Below, piece by piece: positions 30,173 to 41,700 of a stretch of DNA of 57,429 bases. Within the stretch, counting starts at the first letter, position 1. Every line of letters starts with the position of its first letter. The position numbers were made by a program, and so were the translations under genes. Source of the DNA: a virus (taxonomy: Duplodnaviria > Caudoviricetes); the IMG/VR virus record IMGVR_UViG_3300037427_004775, positions 1-57,429 of that record. One strand, 5' to 3'. The notes under the pieces were generated by a model. That model worked only from the letters and a program-made list of their open reading frames with translations, did no database searches and was not told the DNA's origin.

Positions 30173-31060
30173 CTAGTCCCTAGAAAGCATAAAGCTTCTT
30201 ACTATTTTCTTACTAGTACCCTCTAGGTTTTCCCTACAAGCAAATCGAAGCAGATCATCTCCGGAAATTTCTCCGTATATCCCTCTGTGGAAGCCGTCAG
30301 TCATAATTGATGTCACGGGTTCATAACCAGCTTCTTTAAAAAGGCGAGGTTGTGGCACCGGAGTTGCAACTGTGAACCTCGGAATGAAGCCTAGCTTAAA
30401 ATATTCTTTCAATATTGCTTCAAAGTCATTATCTTTTCCATAAAAATGTGGATGCACCTCTAACAGTATTGATATCGGACCTTCATTGTTTGAGAAGTAG
30501 TCTAGGCCTCCCCGGAAGATTGAAACTTCATGTCCCTCAACATCCATTTTTATAAAGTTTGGAAAATCTCTGTCTTTGAAAAAGGTGGACAAACTATAGG
30601 CATCAACTGAAATCTTGCTTGTGCTATGTTTCGTCTTGTGAACACTACTCAAGTTAGGTTTGTCAGCCTGCCAGAACTCTAATGTCGAATCAGAATCTGA
30701 TATTGCACATTGTGTTATTTCACATCTTTTATCATAATTGTTCTCTTTAATATTTGCACGAAGAAGCTCTATATTATTTGGATCAGGTTCGACGGCGTAT
30801 ACCTTCCCGGTGGTGCCGACGCCGCGGCACATATACAATGTAGTATATCCTATGTTGCCACCCAAGTCTAGACAAGTCATGCCTTCAGAAACAACATTTT
30901 GCAATATTCCCATAAAGGCTTTTTCACGGTAACCTTGTGAATAAAGCGCACCTGAAATACCCCCGTCGTATGGGTTTAGATGCATGTTAAAACCATCGAT
31001 ATTTTTCATTAGCCATTTTTCAGACTGTGTTGTTTCTTCAAATAAGCTTTTATTAAACAT
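30173..31060 (-). CDS. FkbM-family methyltransferase
   Basis: CLDLGGNIGY, VYAVEPDP, FIKMDVEGHE, LLEVHP. Confidence 0.92.
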   Translation of the reverse strand: MFNKSLFEETTQSEKWLMKNIDGFNMHLNPYDGGISGALYSQGYREKAFMGILQNVVSEGMTCLDLGGNIGYTTLYMCRGVGTTGKVYAVEPDPNNIELLRANIKENNYDKRCEITQCAISDSDSTLEFWQADKPNLSSVHKTKHSTSKISVDAYSLSTFFKDRDFPNFIKMDVEGHEVSIFRGGLDYFSNNEGPISILLEVHPHFYGKDNDFEAILKEYFKLGFIPRFTVATPVPQPRLFKEAGYEPVTSIMTDGFHRGIYGEISGDDLLRFACRENLEGTSKKIVRSFMLSRD

Positions 31061-31784
31061 TTAGATCTCCCATGGGAATTGTTTTTATTTTATCAGCTAG
31101 CAAGCTTTTTGATGACAAGTTGATAAATTCTATGTTATTATTTTCTCCAAACTCTACTATAAAGTCTTTCAACTTCTGAGTTGGATGTTCTGAGTCTGGT
31201 GATCTTTCATCAGGTTTACATGATTTTATAATATCTGGTATTTGAACTTTATCATATTCTGGATTATCTGTCCAAAAATATTTACTAGAATACATGTCAA
31301 CGCCTAGAAAGTAAATTCTATCATAGTTCATTCTTGCCATCATATCTAGAATTACAGTTAGACTAGCATTGTTACTAACAGCTACAGCCTGTGGATGTAA
31401 TTTATAAGCTCCGGAAGTTTCTTGTCTATAGTACTTCGGATAAGCATAAATTGATTTATATAGTTCTGGCTTTACATAGTTTAGCAAGTGAGATCTGGTA
31501 CCGTCAATTATCCAGTTTACAGACTTATACTCTTCAGCCTTTTCAATACAGAGTCTTTCAAAGATAGGGCCAGATCGATGAGCTTTTACTTCGACATGAT
31601 AATAGTCAGGAATAATCTCATTGTGTATTATCCAACTATTAGAAGTCCAGACATCGAGTTTATCTAGCTTTTTTAAAAAGTCTTTGTCAATATCTTTTAT
31701 AGAAGGGCCGCAACCTAAAAAAATTGCCTGAGAATTCTTTTTTGAATCTGGTAATCCTAAGAAATGATTTATCTTGATGTTCAT
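31053..31784 (-). CDS. Second Maf/sialyltransferase-like transferase
   Basis: AIFLGCGPSI, TSN, IYFLGVDM, FINLS match the MAF_flag10/GT42-type pattern. Confidence 0.65.
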   Translation of the reverse strand: MNIKINHFLGLPDSKKNSQAIFLGCGPSIKDIDKDFLKKLDKLDVWTSNSWIIHNEIIPDYYHVEVKAHRSGPIFERLCIEKAEEYKSVNWIIDGTRSHLLNYVKPELYKSIYAYPKYYRQETSGAYKLHPQAVAVSNNASLTVILDMMARMNYDRIYFLGVDMYSSKYFWTDNPEYDKVQIPDIIKSCKPDERSPDSEHPTQKLKDFIVEFGENNNIEFINLSSKSLLADKIKTIPMGDLNV

Positions 31785-32693
31785 TTAAACCTTTATATTT
31801 TCAAATACATTTAAATAATGGTCTGCAATATGATCAATGTTCAATTCTGAATTTTCATACGTATTTTTTTGAACAGCAGAGTAATCTAATTCTGGTGGGT
31901 GATAAAGTCTGACAGGGTCGAAATTCCATGGCTCTTCTATTACAATCTCGGCATCGATGCCAGCGATTTCTGGAGTTCCACCGGAAGAAGAACAAACTAT
32001 TTGGCATCCACTAGCTCTAGCATCAATTACAACATTGGGGCAATGATCTAACCATGCAAGATGAAGAAACTTTTTACTTCGCTTATACAGCGATATCAAG
32101 GTGACCCAATCTAATGGGCCTACATAAAAAATTCGAGGGTGATCAATTTTATAGTCAGGATTGTCGCCGGCGATAACTAGACATGCATCTACTGGTGCCT
32201 TTTCAAGAAAATAACCTACATTATCTTTTAAGCGCTTGTGGGGGCGCCAGCTCGATGCACAACTCCAAACCTCAGAAAAATTATTAATAACCGGATGTTG
32301 AATTTCCAGTATTTTATCTATCACATCTAAACAGGTTCCATTCCTAATCACATAAGAATTGTCATGTTCTCCAAAGTATTTTTCCGTTAGCTTTTTATTA
32401 AAATCAGATTGAAAAATTACTGCATCTGATATTTTATAAGACATTGAAATTGGTGCATTTAACTTATCATAGTCTTGTGCAGAATTAAAGTAGATTCCAT
32501 CTAACCTTAGTGCCATTGGTTTAAACTTGACGTTTAAGTTAGTCATAATAAATGAAAGTATAACATCTACTTCTTCTGCAGTTTCTGGGGTTATATTATG
32601 CCCCTTTGTAACCAATGACTTTCCTAGTTTTTTACCAAAGCTATTTGGGCCTGATGATGATGAGAAGTTTACATTGTCTAAATAGACATTCAT
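31785..32693 (-). CDS. Glycosyltransferase, GT4-like
   Basis: SGPNSF, RLDG, VIFQS, WRPHKR, DHCPNVVIDARASG...SGGTPE; start MNVYLD at 32693 (ATGA overlap). Confidence 0.88.
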   Translation of the reverse strand: MNVYLDNVNFSSSSGPNSFGKKLGKSLVTKGHNITPETAEEVDVILSFIMTNLNVKFKPMALRLDGIYFNSAQDYDKLNAPISMSYKISDAVIFQSDFNKKLTEKYFGEHDNSYVIRNGTCLDVIDKILEIQHPVINNFSEVWSCASSWRPHKRLKDNVGYFLEKAPVDACLVIAGDNPDYKIDHPRIFYVGPLDWVTLISLYKRSKKFLHLAWLDHCPNVVIDARASGCQIVCSSSGGTPEIAGIDAEIVIEEPWNFDPVRLYHPPELDYSAVQKNTYENSELNIDHIADHYLNVFENIKV

Positions 32694-33400
32694 TTTAAGA
32701 ACCCCCGAGCACGAACCATGTTTATTGTTGCAATTTGCTCCATTTCGCACCAATTTCTTTTATCTTCTGGGATTGAAGATGAGTCAATATTATAAAGATA
32801 ACAAACTTCATCAATATAATTTCTATTTTTTGTTAAAAATAAAAGTGGCAACATTAAAGCTTGATCGTAGCCTCTTTTGAACCACGTTCCATTGACATGT
32901 TTAAAGTTATGATCAGAAATTTTAGTCAACAAACTTGAGCGAAATGTTCTAAAATGTGATGTACACCATGGCCACTGATATGGGTTTACACCTAGCGGCA
33001 TTGGCCTGGAGATATTCATACTATTTATGTCCCACTGATGACCGGTCCAGACAACGTCGGCGCCATTTTCGTAAGCAGACAAAACAAGTTTTACGGTATT
33101 ATTATTACACAAAGAATCATCACCGTCAATTGTCCCGATTACGATCCCATCTTCATCTTGATATTTTCTAGCAATCTCAATGATATTTCTAAGCGCGAAT
33201 TTTTTTTCTTCATTCTTAATAATAGTAAAACGCTTATCTTCTCCTACCAGTTCTACTAATCTATCTGATGTATTGTCAGTTGATATATCGTCTACTAGAA
33301 CATGTTCCCATCTATCGTCATTTTGACTCTTGACAGAATTTATTAGAGTTTCTAGATTGTTTGAAGCATTATAGCATGGTGATATAAAAACTAACTTCAT
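32690..33400 (-). CDS. Glycosyltransferase family 2
   Basis: FISPCYN, VLVDDISTD, IDGDD. Confidence 0.92.
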   Translation of the reverse strand: MKLVFISPCYNASNNLETLINSVKSQNDDRWEHVLVDDISTDNTSDRLVELVGEDKRFTIIKNEEKKFALRNIIEIARKYQDEDGIVIGTIDGDDSLCNNNTVKLVLSAYENGADVVWTGHQWDINSMNISRPMPLGVNPYQWPWCTSHFRTFRSSLLTKISDHNFKHVNGTWFKRGYDQALMLPLLFLTKNRNYIDEVCYLYNIDSSSIPEDKRNWCEMEQIATINMVRARGFLK

Positions 33401-35319
33401 TATCTATTTCTCGCAATCCAATCGCTTACTAGAGGGGAGTGGTCTCTATCGATACTTAGATGAGGGGTAGGTTGATTAAAATCTACCTTTGAGTGAAATA
33501 TCCACCCACCCATCTCAGAAGATAGTTTACTTGCCTGTGCATCCATTTCTTCTTCTGTTACCTCAGACCATGCTTTGTCAAAAAACATGTTATTTTCTGA
33601 TGTGTCTTCTTGAATTATGTCATACAGGCTTTGCCAGTGTTGTGACCAATAATCACGATATGTTCTAATTTTTCTTTTAATATTGAACCACGAATAGTGT
33701 TGTACAGATGGGAGTTGAGACAGGACCTGATTTAACCAGTTTTCATATTGAACCTTAATATCATCATTTTTTAATCCCTGGATCCTTGCTTGATTTACAT
33801 CATCTGTAATAAAGTTTGCAAATTGTATTGGTTCAAAACTATCTGATCTTATATAGTCACAGCCGTCAGAGCCTGGAGATGAGTATAGATTTCCATCATC
33901 GTCAAATTTTCTTAATTTTGCTGGAATTCCATGGGTTATATGAGGCAGATTTTTACTCAACCTCCACTTCCATGGGTTTATGTCCATGCGAACCTTCTCT
34001 GGTCCTCCCCAGTACTCGATCACCGGAAGGGCTATCAATTCTACATTTGCTGGAAAATTTCTAACTAAACTAGTAATTTTTTCATAGTCACTTTCATGAA
34101 CTATTTCATCTGAATCTTGTTGCCAACAAAATTTCTTAGTGCACATTGATCTTGCCAAAGCTTTTTGTGCGCCATCAAATACAGCGAATCTCTTATCACT
34201 CCAATCGCGGGCTTGTTGGTGAATAACTAATTTATCATTCTCACTTGATAACTCTTGTAATTTTTCCCATGTTCCATCTGATGAACCGCCATCGACTACT
34301 ACAACTTCATCACAAAATCCGAGCATTGACCTGATAGATGCTTCGAAAGGATAATCCTGGTCAATGCAGTCCTTGGTCGTCGTATATCCGGATATTGGTG
34401 GGTTGTATGTCATGTCAAACTTCACACCATTCCAAAATCTATCTCGAGCAGCATAAAGATAAGCGACTGTATCGAATTCATCATCTGTATTGAACCAAAT
34501 TTCGTCTTTATGCTGAACAAAATCATTTAGTTCTAGTTCACAACCAAGTAGTTTTGCTTCAATGACCATTCTGGGACACGTGTCATTACCTTTGGGTAGA
34601 TAAACAAATCCTTCAGCAGCGGCAAGTTTTTTCAGTACTTCTGTATGTGGTAATCCCCAAACGACTTCGTACTCTTTATTATTGTCTTTACACCATTGCT
34701 CAGCATCATCTGCACCCTTTATCCAGGAGTTCGAACCCAAGACTAACCAGCCTGAACGCTTATCGTTTTTCTTTAAATTATTGAGAAGCTTGACATCTAA
34801 AAATGTTCTATCACTAAAAACTGATGACAATACTACATTATTTTTCTCTGATAGGAATGGATACATTTTATGATACAGTTCCATTTGCTTTTCTGACATC
34901 CACCAAAGCGTGGTAGCTCCATAGTAGAATGCTGAAATTATTTTTCCATTCATCGATTCTCTACAATCACATGGAGAATTTTCACTATACTGATGTTTTT
35001 CAGGTGATCGATATTTGCAAAACTTGTAATCATATTCTAGAATTGAATATTTGACATTTGCAACAATTGATGGAATCAACTCAAGATTCATTGCAGAAAA
35101 ATTACCAAAAACCCAGTATGCACCTGACAGAGCCTGAAGAGATTCCATAGAGACTTGTTGAGATCTTAGTTTCAAAATCCTCATTGGGGAGGATTCAATC
35201 AAAGCTTCTGATGTGAGCTCTGCTCCTCCTGCATAGTCCTCAGCAAACATGTCTGAAACAAACACAATTTCTACTTGACGTGTATCAATATTTCCATTCT
35301 GATCCGGGCTTACTAGCAT
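33400..35319 (-). CDS. Bifunctional glycosyltransferase (GT-B N-terminal + GT2 C-terminal)
   Basis: GGAELT and DTCPRMVIEAKLLG (GT-B); DEVVVVDGGSSDGT and QDSDEI (GT-A). Confidence 0.88.
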   Translation of the reverse strand: MLVSPDQNGNIDTRQVEIVFVSDMFAEDYAGGAELTSEALIESSPMRILKLRSQQVSMESLQALSGAYWVFGNFSAMNLELIPSIVANVKYSILEYDYKFCKYRSPEKHQYSENSPCDCRESMNGKIISAFYYGATTLWWMSEKQMELYHKMYPFLSEKNNVVLSSVFSDRTFLDVKLLNNLKKNDKRSGWLVLGSNSWIKGADDAEQWCKDNNKEYEVVWGLPHTEVLKKLAAAEGFVYLPKGNDTCPRMVIEAKLLGCELELNDFVQHKDEIWFNTDDEFDTVAYLYAARDRFWNGVKFDMTYNPPISGYTTTKDCIDQDYPFEASIRSMLGFCDEVVVVDGGSSDGTWEKLQELSSENDKLVIHQQARDWSDKRFAVFDGAQKALARSMCTKKFCWQQDSDEIVHESDYEKITSLVRNFPANVELIALPVIEYWGGPEKVRMDINPWKWRLSKNLPHITHGIPAKLRKFDDDGNLYSSPGSDGCDYIRSDSFEPIQFANFITDDVNQARIQGLKNDDIKVQYENWLNQVLSQLPSVQHYSWFNIKRKIRTYRDYWSQHWQSLYDIIQEDTSENNMFFDKAWSEVTEEEMDAQASKLSSEMGGWIFHSKVDFNQPTPHLSIDRDHSPLVSDWIARNR

Positions 35320-35563
35320 ATACTTCTCTCTTTTAGATATCTACTGTAGTAAAGAAACAGTTAACTGTATCTCTATTCTCTTCTCTCTAATATATTATAA
35401 TCTATCTAATTAAGATAGTATCACTCTATTAGTATTCTCTCTCTCTCTATAGAACATTAAACTAATCCTGGTGAATGTTTAAAAATAATTTTTACATTTT
35501 AAAAAAGATGTCTATGGTTAAACATCTCTCTTGTTAATTTTAAAATTTCTATATTAGTGAATT

Positions 35564-38500
35564 TTATCCACAGTAAATGTAACCATAGATTCCGGAAGCT
35601 TGACCGTTTTCATCAAACGTCACATCTTCCATAGCCTTTCCGACGGTGTAACCGTGAATAATATCATCATCTTGTTTCATCAGATAACCAGCAGTACTGC
35701 TTGTACAAAGAAGGTCACCTGCTTCAATAGCACCCCCCTCATTGCAAACCTTAAATCCTGCTAGGTCAGGTTGCGTTGATGAATCATCAGCTTCCTGTCT
35801 ACTATCTCCCAGTGATGCGACTTTCCACATCTTAGAATAGTCGTCAGCAACAACAGTATCCCCATCCTCAAATTTTCCTCTATTGTATCTGTTCCCTAGA
35901 GAATCAAGTTGAGTTCTAAACCTAATGAAGGTCTTATTACCATCATCATCTTCATTATGGCGCGCCAGGCTACCAAAGCCCATGTCGACACGACTTTGAT
36001 GCGTCTTAAACCACGCGATGCCGCATACATTTTTTTGCTTTGGAGAAGAAGATCTTTCAAGTTTTCCATCAACTAGAACACAGGCATCACTGTAAGTTAT
36101 GTCCGATCCATTTTCAATATACCTGTGGCCTTCTGTAAAAATGGAGTCTTCTGAAACATTTCCATCCAAGAACATCATGTTATTGTCACCTGTTCTAATT
36201 CTAACACTTTCAGTAGGTGATGTGCTAGCATCAGGGGTGAGATAGAATCTCATCTCACCCGCAGAGTCTGAATCTGAGTGATCACCGTATGCAAGAATCT
36301 TTATAGAGCCAGCTGTTCTTGCGGTTCCGCCTTCAATTTTTGACCGCCACATTATTGTGCCGATCTCATTGTTGTCATCAATATCGGTATCTTCTTTTAT
36401 GAAATATAAGGCACCATCAGTGGCTTCAGTATTACTATCACAGTTGAGTGTGATAGACGGAGATGAACTATCTAACCAGAGATCACCATCATCAGTGAGG
36501 TACATCAGCTTAGTTGAAGAATGGTTATACCAAGCAAACTCCGAATCGGTATTATCACTATCGTAATCGACAAAGAAGTTCATACTCTTATCGCTCATAA
36601 TATTGGCGTTTAGATCTGTAGCGCCCTTCAGTGTCGTTGCTCCACCCGCTTGAAAATAACCGGCAACATCAAGGTTTCCAGATCCGTCTAGATTAGCAAC
36701 ATTGACATTCGAAGTAGCACCATCAGGCGTCATCCAAAACCTAAATTTAGAACCATGCGCTGAATTATAAGCAAAAGCTTCTGTTGTTTGTACTGTAATT
36801 CCTCCAATTTGAGCATAATCAGACCCGTTTTCTGAAGCCCGAAAGGCTAAGAAACCTAATTCATCTCCGGAACCGATTGTATTATCACCCGTTTCCACTC
36901 TACTCAAGTAAAGAGAGGCCTTTTCATCATAAGTGTAATTGTATATATTTCCAGCCGCCGTTAACCGCAATTTCTCTGTAGCTGTAGCTGACCCGTCCGG
37001 GGTTGTGAAGAAGCGCAGCTGACTGGGAGAGTCTCCGGCTGCCATTGAAGCTTCCGATACCGCTTGTATTTTTGCTGATTCCATCATGGTGCCCGACACG
37101 ATTGCCGTATGCATTCCAGAAGTATCTTCCTTACCTAAAAACGCTATCGTTCCGATAGCGTTATTCGATCCAATTACACTGTCATTTCTAATAAGATTTA
37201 ATCGTGCTCCGACGTCTCTGGATGAATAAAGTTGTCCATCGTGAGCAATCCTCAGTCTTTCTGATAGGTCGTCATCGCCACTATAGTTCGTGCAAAAAAG
37301 AAGGTTTGTATCATGTTTTGTTGAATCTGCATGAGCTGATCCATCACGCTCAGCAATAATTGCCGCTCCGATTGAATCAGAGTCAACCTCAGTTCCCGGA
37401 TCGAAGGCAAGTGCTGCAAATGTTCTCTCTATGTTTGATTTGTTTCGAATCAACAAATCCATATGATCTAGTGTATTCGAACTACCAAGTTCACTGTCCC
37501 ATTTATCTGTCAAGGTTTTTGCTATTGTAACGTACGGAAGACTAGATAGGTTAGTGTCTGTGTTGTCACCAAATGCAACCTTTCCGTTTGTACCGTCCAT
37601 AAAAATAGCATGAGTCTTGTCAGTGCTTTCAACTCGAAAGTCGACATCATTAGAGCTATCATTTAAAACAATTTCGTCACCATCAGAAGTAAAGACTTGA
37701 TTTGTACCCCATGTCGATGATTCTCCAATCATAAACTTAGAGTCACCTCTATCATACCCGGTGTACCATACATCCGTTTGTGTTGAGCCGTTGTTTGCTA
37801 GAGTACTGAACCAAATTCTAGAATCCCCGGGATTTGATGCCTGGGCTTTTCCCGTAATGTAAACTTGTGCATCTGGATTAGAATCTTTCCCACCATAAAA
37901 TAGAAACTTGCCGTTTGTTCCTGTAAAGTATGTTTGAGCCTGGCCTCCCATCGTTACAGCACTAAACGATGTTGCAACGCCCGAATTGTCATTTCTTCTT
38001 AAAACAAGGGCATATGTCTGGCTCATATCATTAATATCTAGCGCGCCCATGGGCGCGTTATTGCCGATGCCGACACGATCGTTGCCACCGTCAACATAAA
38101 GCATGTTAGTTTGCCCATTAGACTCAACTCTGAAATCATGATCAATTGAATCGTTATTAACTACTGTTTCTCCGTGACCTATAGAAAAGAGTGAACTAGT
38201 ATCATTTCCGCCAGCCCCACCGGTGTGCTTTTTAACCTCAAAAGCCTTTTCAGTTGCTGTTCCTGTGTGAATTATCTGGATCCCTACTTGATCTGTCTGA
38301 GTTGATACAGTTAAAAGACCTCCGCCTCTATACTGAACTGTGACGTCTTTATCATAACCAGCAGACGTATCAGTAATGAAAACTTTTGGTTTCCGAAAAC
38401 CTGAAAGGCCTCCACCAGATCGACCAGAAGTCATTGTCATTAAGTTAAAATTACTACCGTTATCATTAACAGCAAATCTAATATCAGCATGAGACTGAGA

Positions 38501-38761
38501 ACTACTAAAGATAAGGTCTTGATTTGTATACGGTTTGGAAACTATCGATCCTGCTTTGTTTGTTGATCCACCGTCTTTTCCAACAAATATAATACTACCG
38601 CTAGCATTTCTTTGATGTGCATTTCCAAAGTCACCTGCCTGTACGACTAAAGATACACTACCAGGAGATGTGCCGTCATCGTTGGCAACCTTCCAGCGTG
38701 CCTCATCCACAACTGTGGACGACATAGATCCTGTAGTAGTTAATGATCCGATTAGTGCCAT
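35564..38761 (-). CDS. Tail fibre protein with C-terminal intramolecular chaperone-like (peptidase G2-type) domain
   Basis: 1065 aa rich in G/S/T/D/N; DFRVES and RF(F/W/Y)xTPD repeats; C-terminal KVCNEGGAIEAGDLLCTSSTAGYLMKQDDDIIHGYTVGKAME. Confidence 0.8.
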   Translation of the reverse strand: MALIGSLTTTGSMSSTVVDEARWKVANDDGTSPGSVSLVVQAGDFGNAHQRNASGSIIFVGKDGGSTNKAGSIVSKPYTNQDLIFSSSQSHADIRFAVNDNGSNFNLMTMTSGRSGGGLSGFRKPKVFITDTSAGYDKDVTVQYRGGGLLTVSTQTDQVGIQIIHTGTATEKAFEVKKHTGGAGGNDTSSLFSIGHGETVVNNDSIDHDFRVESNGQTNMLYVDGGNDRVGIGNNAPMGALDINDMSQTYALVLRRNDNSGVATSFSAVTMGGQAQTYFTGTNGKFLFYGGKDSNPDAQVYITGKAQASNPGDSRIWFSTLANNGSTQTDVWYTGYDRGDSKFMIGESSTWGTNQVFTSDGDEIVLNDSSNDVDFRVESTDKTHAIFMDGTNGKVAFGDNTDTNLSSLPYVTIAKTLTDKWDSELGSSNTLDHMDLLIRNKSNIERTFAALAFDPGTEVDSDSIGAAIIAERDGSAHADSTKHDTNLLFCTNYSGDDDLSERLRIAHDGQLYSSRDVGARLNLIRNDSVIGSNNAIGTIAFLGKEDTSGMHTAIVSGTMMESAKIQAVSEASMAAGDSPSQLRFFTTPDGSATATEKLRLTAAGNIYNYTYDEKASLYLSRVETGDNTIGSGDELGFLAFRASENGSDYAQIGGITVQTTEAFAYNSAHGSKFRFWMTPDGATSNVNVANLDGSGNLDVAGYFQAGGATTLKGATDLNANIMSDKSMNFFVDYDSDNTDSEFAWYNHSSTKLMYLTDDGDLWLDSSSPSITLNCDSNTEATDGALYFIKEDTDIDDNNEIGTIMWRSKIEGGTARTAGSIKILAYGDHSDSDSAGEMRFYLTPDASTSPTESVRIRTGDNNMMFLDGNVSEDSIFTEGHRYIENGSDITYSDACVLVDGKLERSSSPKQKNVCGIAWFKTHQSRVDMGFGSLARHNEDDDGNKTFIRFRTQLDSLGNRYNRGKFEDGDTVVADDYSKMWKVASLGDSRQEADDSSTQPDLAGFKVCNEGGAIEAGDLLCTSSTAGYLMKQDDDIIHGYTVGKAMEDVTFDENGQASGIYGYIYCG

Positions 38762-41700
38762 TATTCGTCATCCTCTAGAGGGGTAAGACCCATCTTATAT
38801 TTCTTTCCTGTTAAGTTATTAACAACGACTAACATATCTGGTTCCTCATAAATTGTCCAGTTTCCTCGATCGTTTCTTAAGTGTAGATCGCCTGTGTAGA
38901 TATTGGCAAATCTCAACGCAGCGCTACCTAAATTATAAGTGCTATCTGCTGAGGGTAACACATGAGAATTGACCCTTCCAGTAAATGTAATTGTGTCACT
39001 ATTAGCGTTACCCAAAGCTGTGTTGCCCTTAAGATTTGTATTTCCATTAACTTTGAAATTGCTCTTTGTTGCAAGCGCGCCACTTACGACCATATCTCCA
39101 CCGAAACATGAAACACCGTGTCTATGCGCTGCAGCAGCCGTCTCACCGCCAACTGAACCAGAAACGAAGAAGAAGACATCTTGCCCTACATTAGAAGCAT
39201 CATAAGCTACTGGTGAAACTCCCCCGATATGATTACCACTTACAAAAGCGATTGAACTTGTACATATGATTGAAGTACCGCGGTGGTTTTCAACATGACC
39301 TGTCCTGAATCCTCGATCTGTAAAGGCTGGGTTGGTTGCAGATCCAAAGTTTGCTGAAATTGTTACTTGATCACTTCCGGCATTGATAGAAAGACCGATG
39401 CCACTACCTTCTTTTAGCTTGAATGTATCAGCAAGACCAGCAGCTGTTGAAGTTCCCTCTGTATTTCCGCTACTGTCGAGAACAGCCATTTTTCCATAAT
39501 TGTTGGTAAGTGAATTTCCAGACTTATCATAAATTGTTCCAGAAACAACTACATCGCCACCAAACACTGAAACGCCTCGAACTTGCGTGTCCTTGTCATT
39601 AGAGCCCGATACGAAGAAGCAGACGTCCGTACCACCTTTTGTATTCCCAGTAATAGCCTCAGAACCAGTAAGAATACTTACAAAGTTTGCACCGGAATCG
39701 ACCCAAAATGCGTGATCTTTTGAATCAGACTCAACTCTAAAGTCATTAGTTGCATGCCCATCTTCGTTGAAAATAACTCCGGCTGCACCAACCCTGATTG
39801 CTTCATCGTTTGTACTACCTATGATTGTAGTTACTGCTGTCTCACCCTTGTTGACATAGACGATATTTGCCGATGAGTCAACAAAGAATGCTTCATCCTC
39901 TGCTGCAGTTTCAACACGGAAGTCTACACCATCTCCGTTTTCATTTATTACAACTACATCATTTCCAGCATCTACCAGAAATGCCTTGGTATCATTTGTA
40001 GTTTCTATTCTAAAGTCATGATCCTGGCCGTCTTCGTTAACTACGATGGCACCACCTGTAGCAGAAGGAAAATCCATAAGTGCTTTATTCGAAGCCCCTA
40101 GCGCACTTCCCATAGCAATTCTCAACTTATCAGAGTCACTATCATCCATTCCGATTGAATGTGCTGTTGTTCCATTCTTTGCAAAGGATACTTGTGCATC
40201 GTAAGCGTTGCCTGAGGATTCGTTTTCGATTAATAGGATAGCTGCTGCAGAGTCTTGTGGATGTGTAATATGAAGAGATGCATTTGAATCTACTGAAATG
40301 GTTCCAATGGCCACAGTATCTTCACTCGCATCTACAAAAAGCATTCCCGCTTGATTAAGTGATTCAACCCTAAAGTCTCTTGAAGTTCCACCTTCGTTGA
40401 TGACGACATCTGCAGCCCCCACCGAAAATACCTCTGTACTTCCACTAACGAATTGTGCGATATCACCCGCTGCAGCACCACTACCAGGATTATTTTTAAC
40501 CAACAACCCTTTTCCGCTAGCGGCATCTTGAAGAATATCTAGTTTTGCACCGTGAGATCCAGCCGCAATATTAATTCCAATGGTATCTGCAGATGCATCA
40601 ACAACAAACAAGTTGGTATCAGTGTCACCTTCAATTCTAAAATCTATATCTGCATGGCCTTCATTGAAAACAATCTCGCCGCCTGCTGCTGCAGGTAGAT
40701 CAATAAGAGAAACTCCCGCACCAAGCGAGCCGCCAGTGCTAATTTTAAATTTATCAGAATCACTGTCATCCATTCCAATGCAGTGTTTTGCTGTACCTTG
40801 TTTTGCAAAGGTTATTTGAGCATCGAGTGCAGATGCCGTCTCATTCTCAACCATAAGAATAACTCTTTCAGCACTTGAATTTGAGCTATTTCCTATATGA
40901 AGCTTTGTAGAAGATGATGGATCACTAGTTCCGATTGAAACTCCGTCGTTGGTTCCATCAACATGTAACATATGAGTGTCTGCGTTCGACTCGACTCTAA
41001 AGTCTCTAGTTGCACTCCCTTCGTTAATAACAACATCTGTGCTGCCTACAGAGAATACCTCAACTGATCCGCTAATAAATTTTGCCACGTCACCCATCGC
41101 GGCTGCTGAGCCGGGATTATTAGTTACTAATAGTCCTACTTCAGATGCATCGTTAGCTAGGATATCAAGTCGAGACCCATGGGAACCTGCAGCGACATTA
41201 ATACCAATAGAGTCAGTAGACACATCGACAACAAATAGATTGGCATCATTTTGACCTTCAATTCTAAAGTCGGAATGAGATGATCCGGAACCATGCTGAT
41301 TAAAGATTGCACCCCCATCTTTTCCAAGCCAAATATCTGACTGCGTTATTCCGTTTCCAACCCCGCCGTGACCAATACCAACACTAAAATCTCCGCTGGC
41401 CGGTATTACATGATAGTGAGGTGAAGTAACAGACGTCCAGGACCCTAGTGTCCCGCCAACTGTAACACTTCCTGAAAAGTGGGCATCGCCACCAAATACT
41501 GCAGTACCATATGTACCGCCGCGGCCTCTCTGATCCTTGGAACCAGAAACAACAAAGCAAGCATCAGTCATGTTTGCAGAAGAGGGCATACCTGCGGCAC
41601 CGGTTAAGATCAAAACCTGGTCTAAGCTGGCATCAACAAACAGAGCGTGAGTTTTGTTGTCTGTTTCTACACGAAAATCATTTGCTGCGTTACCATCTTC

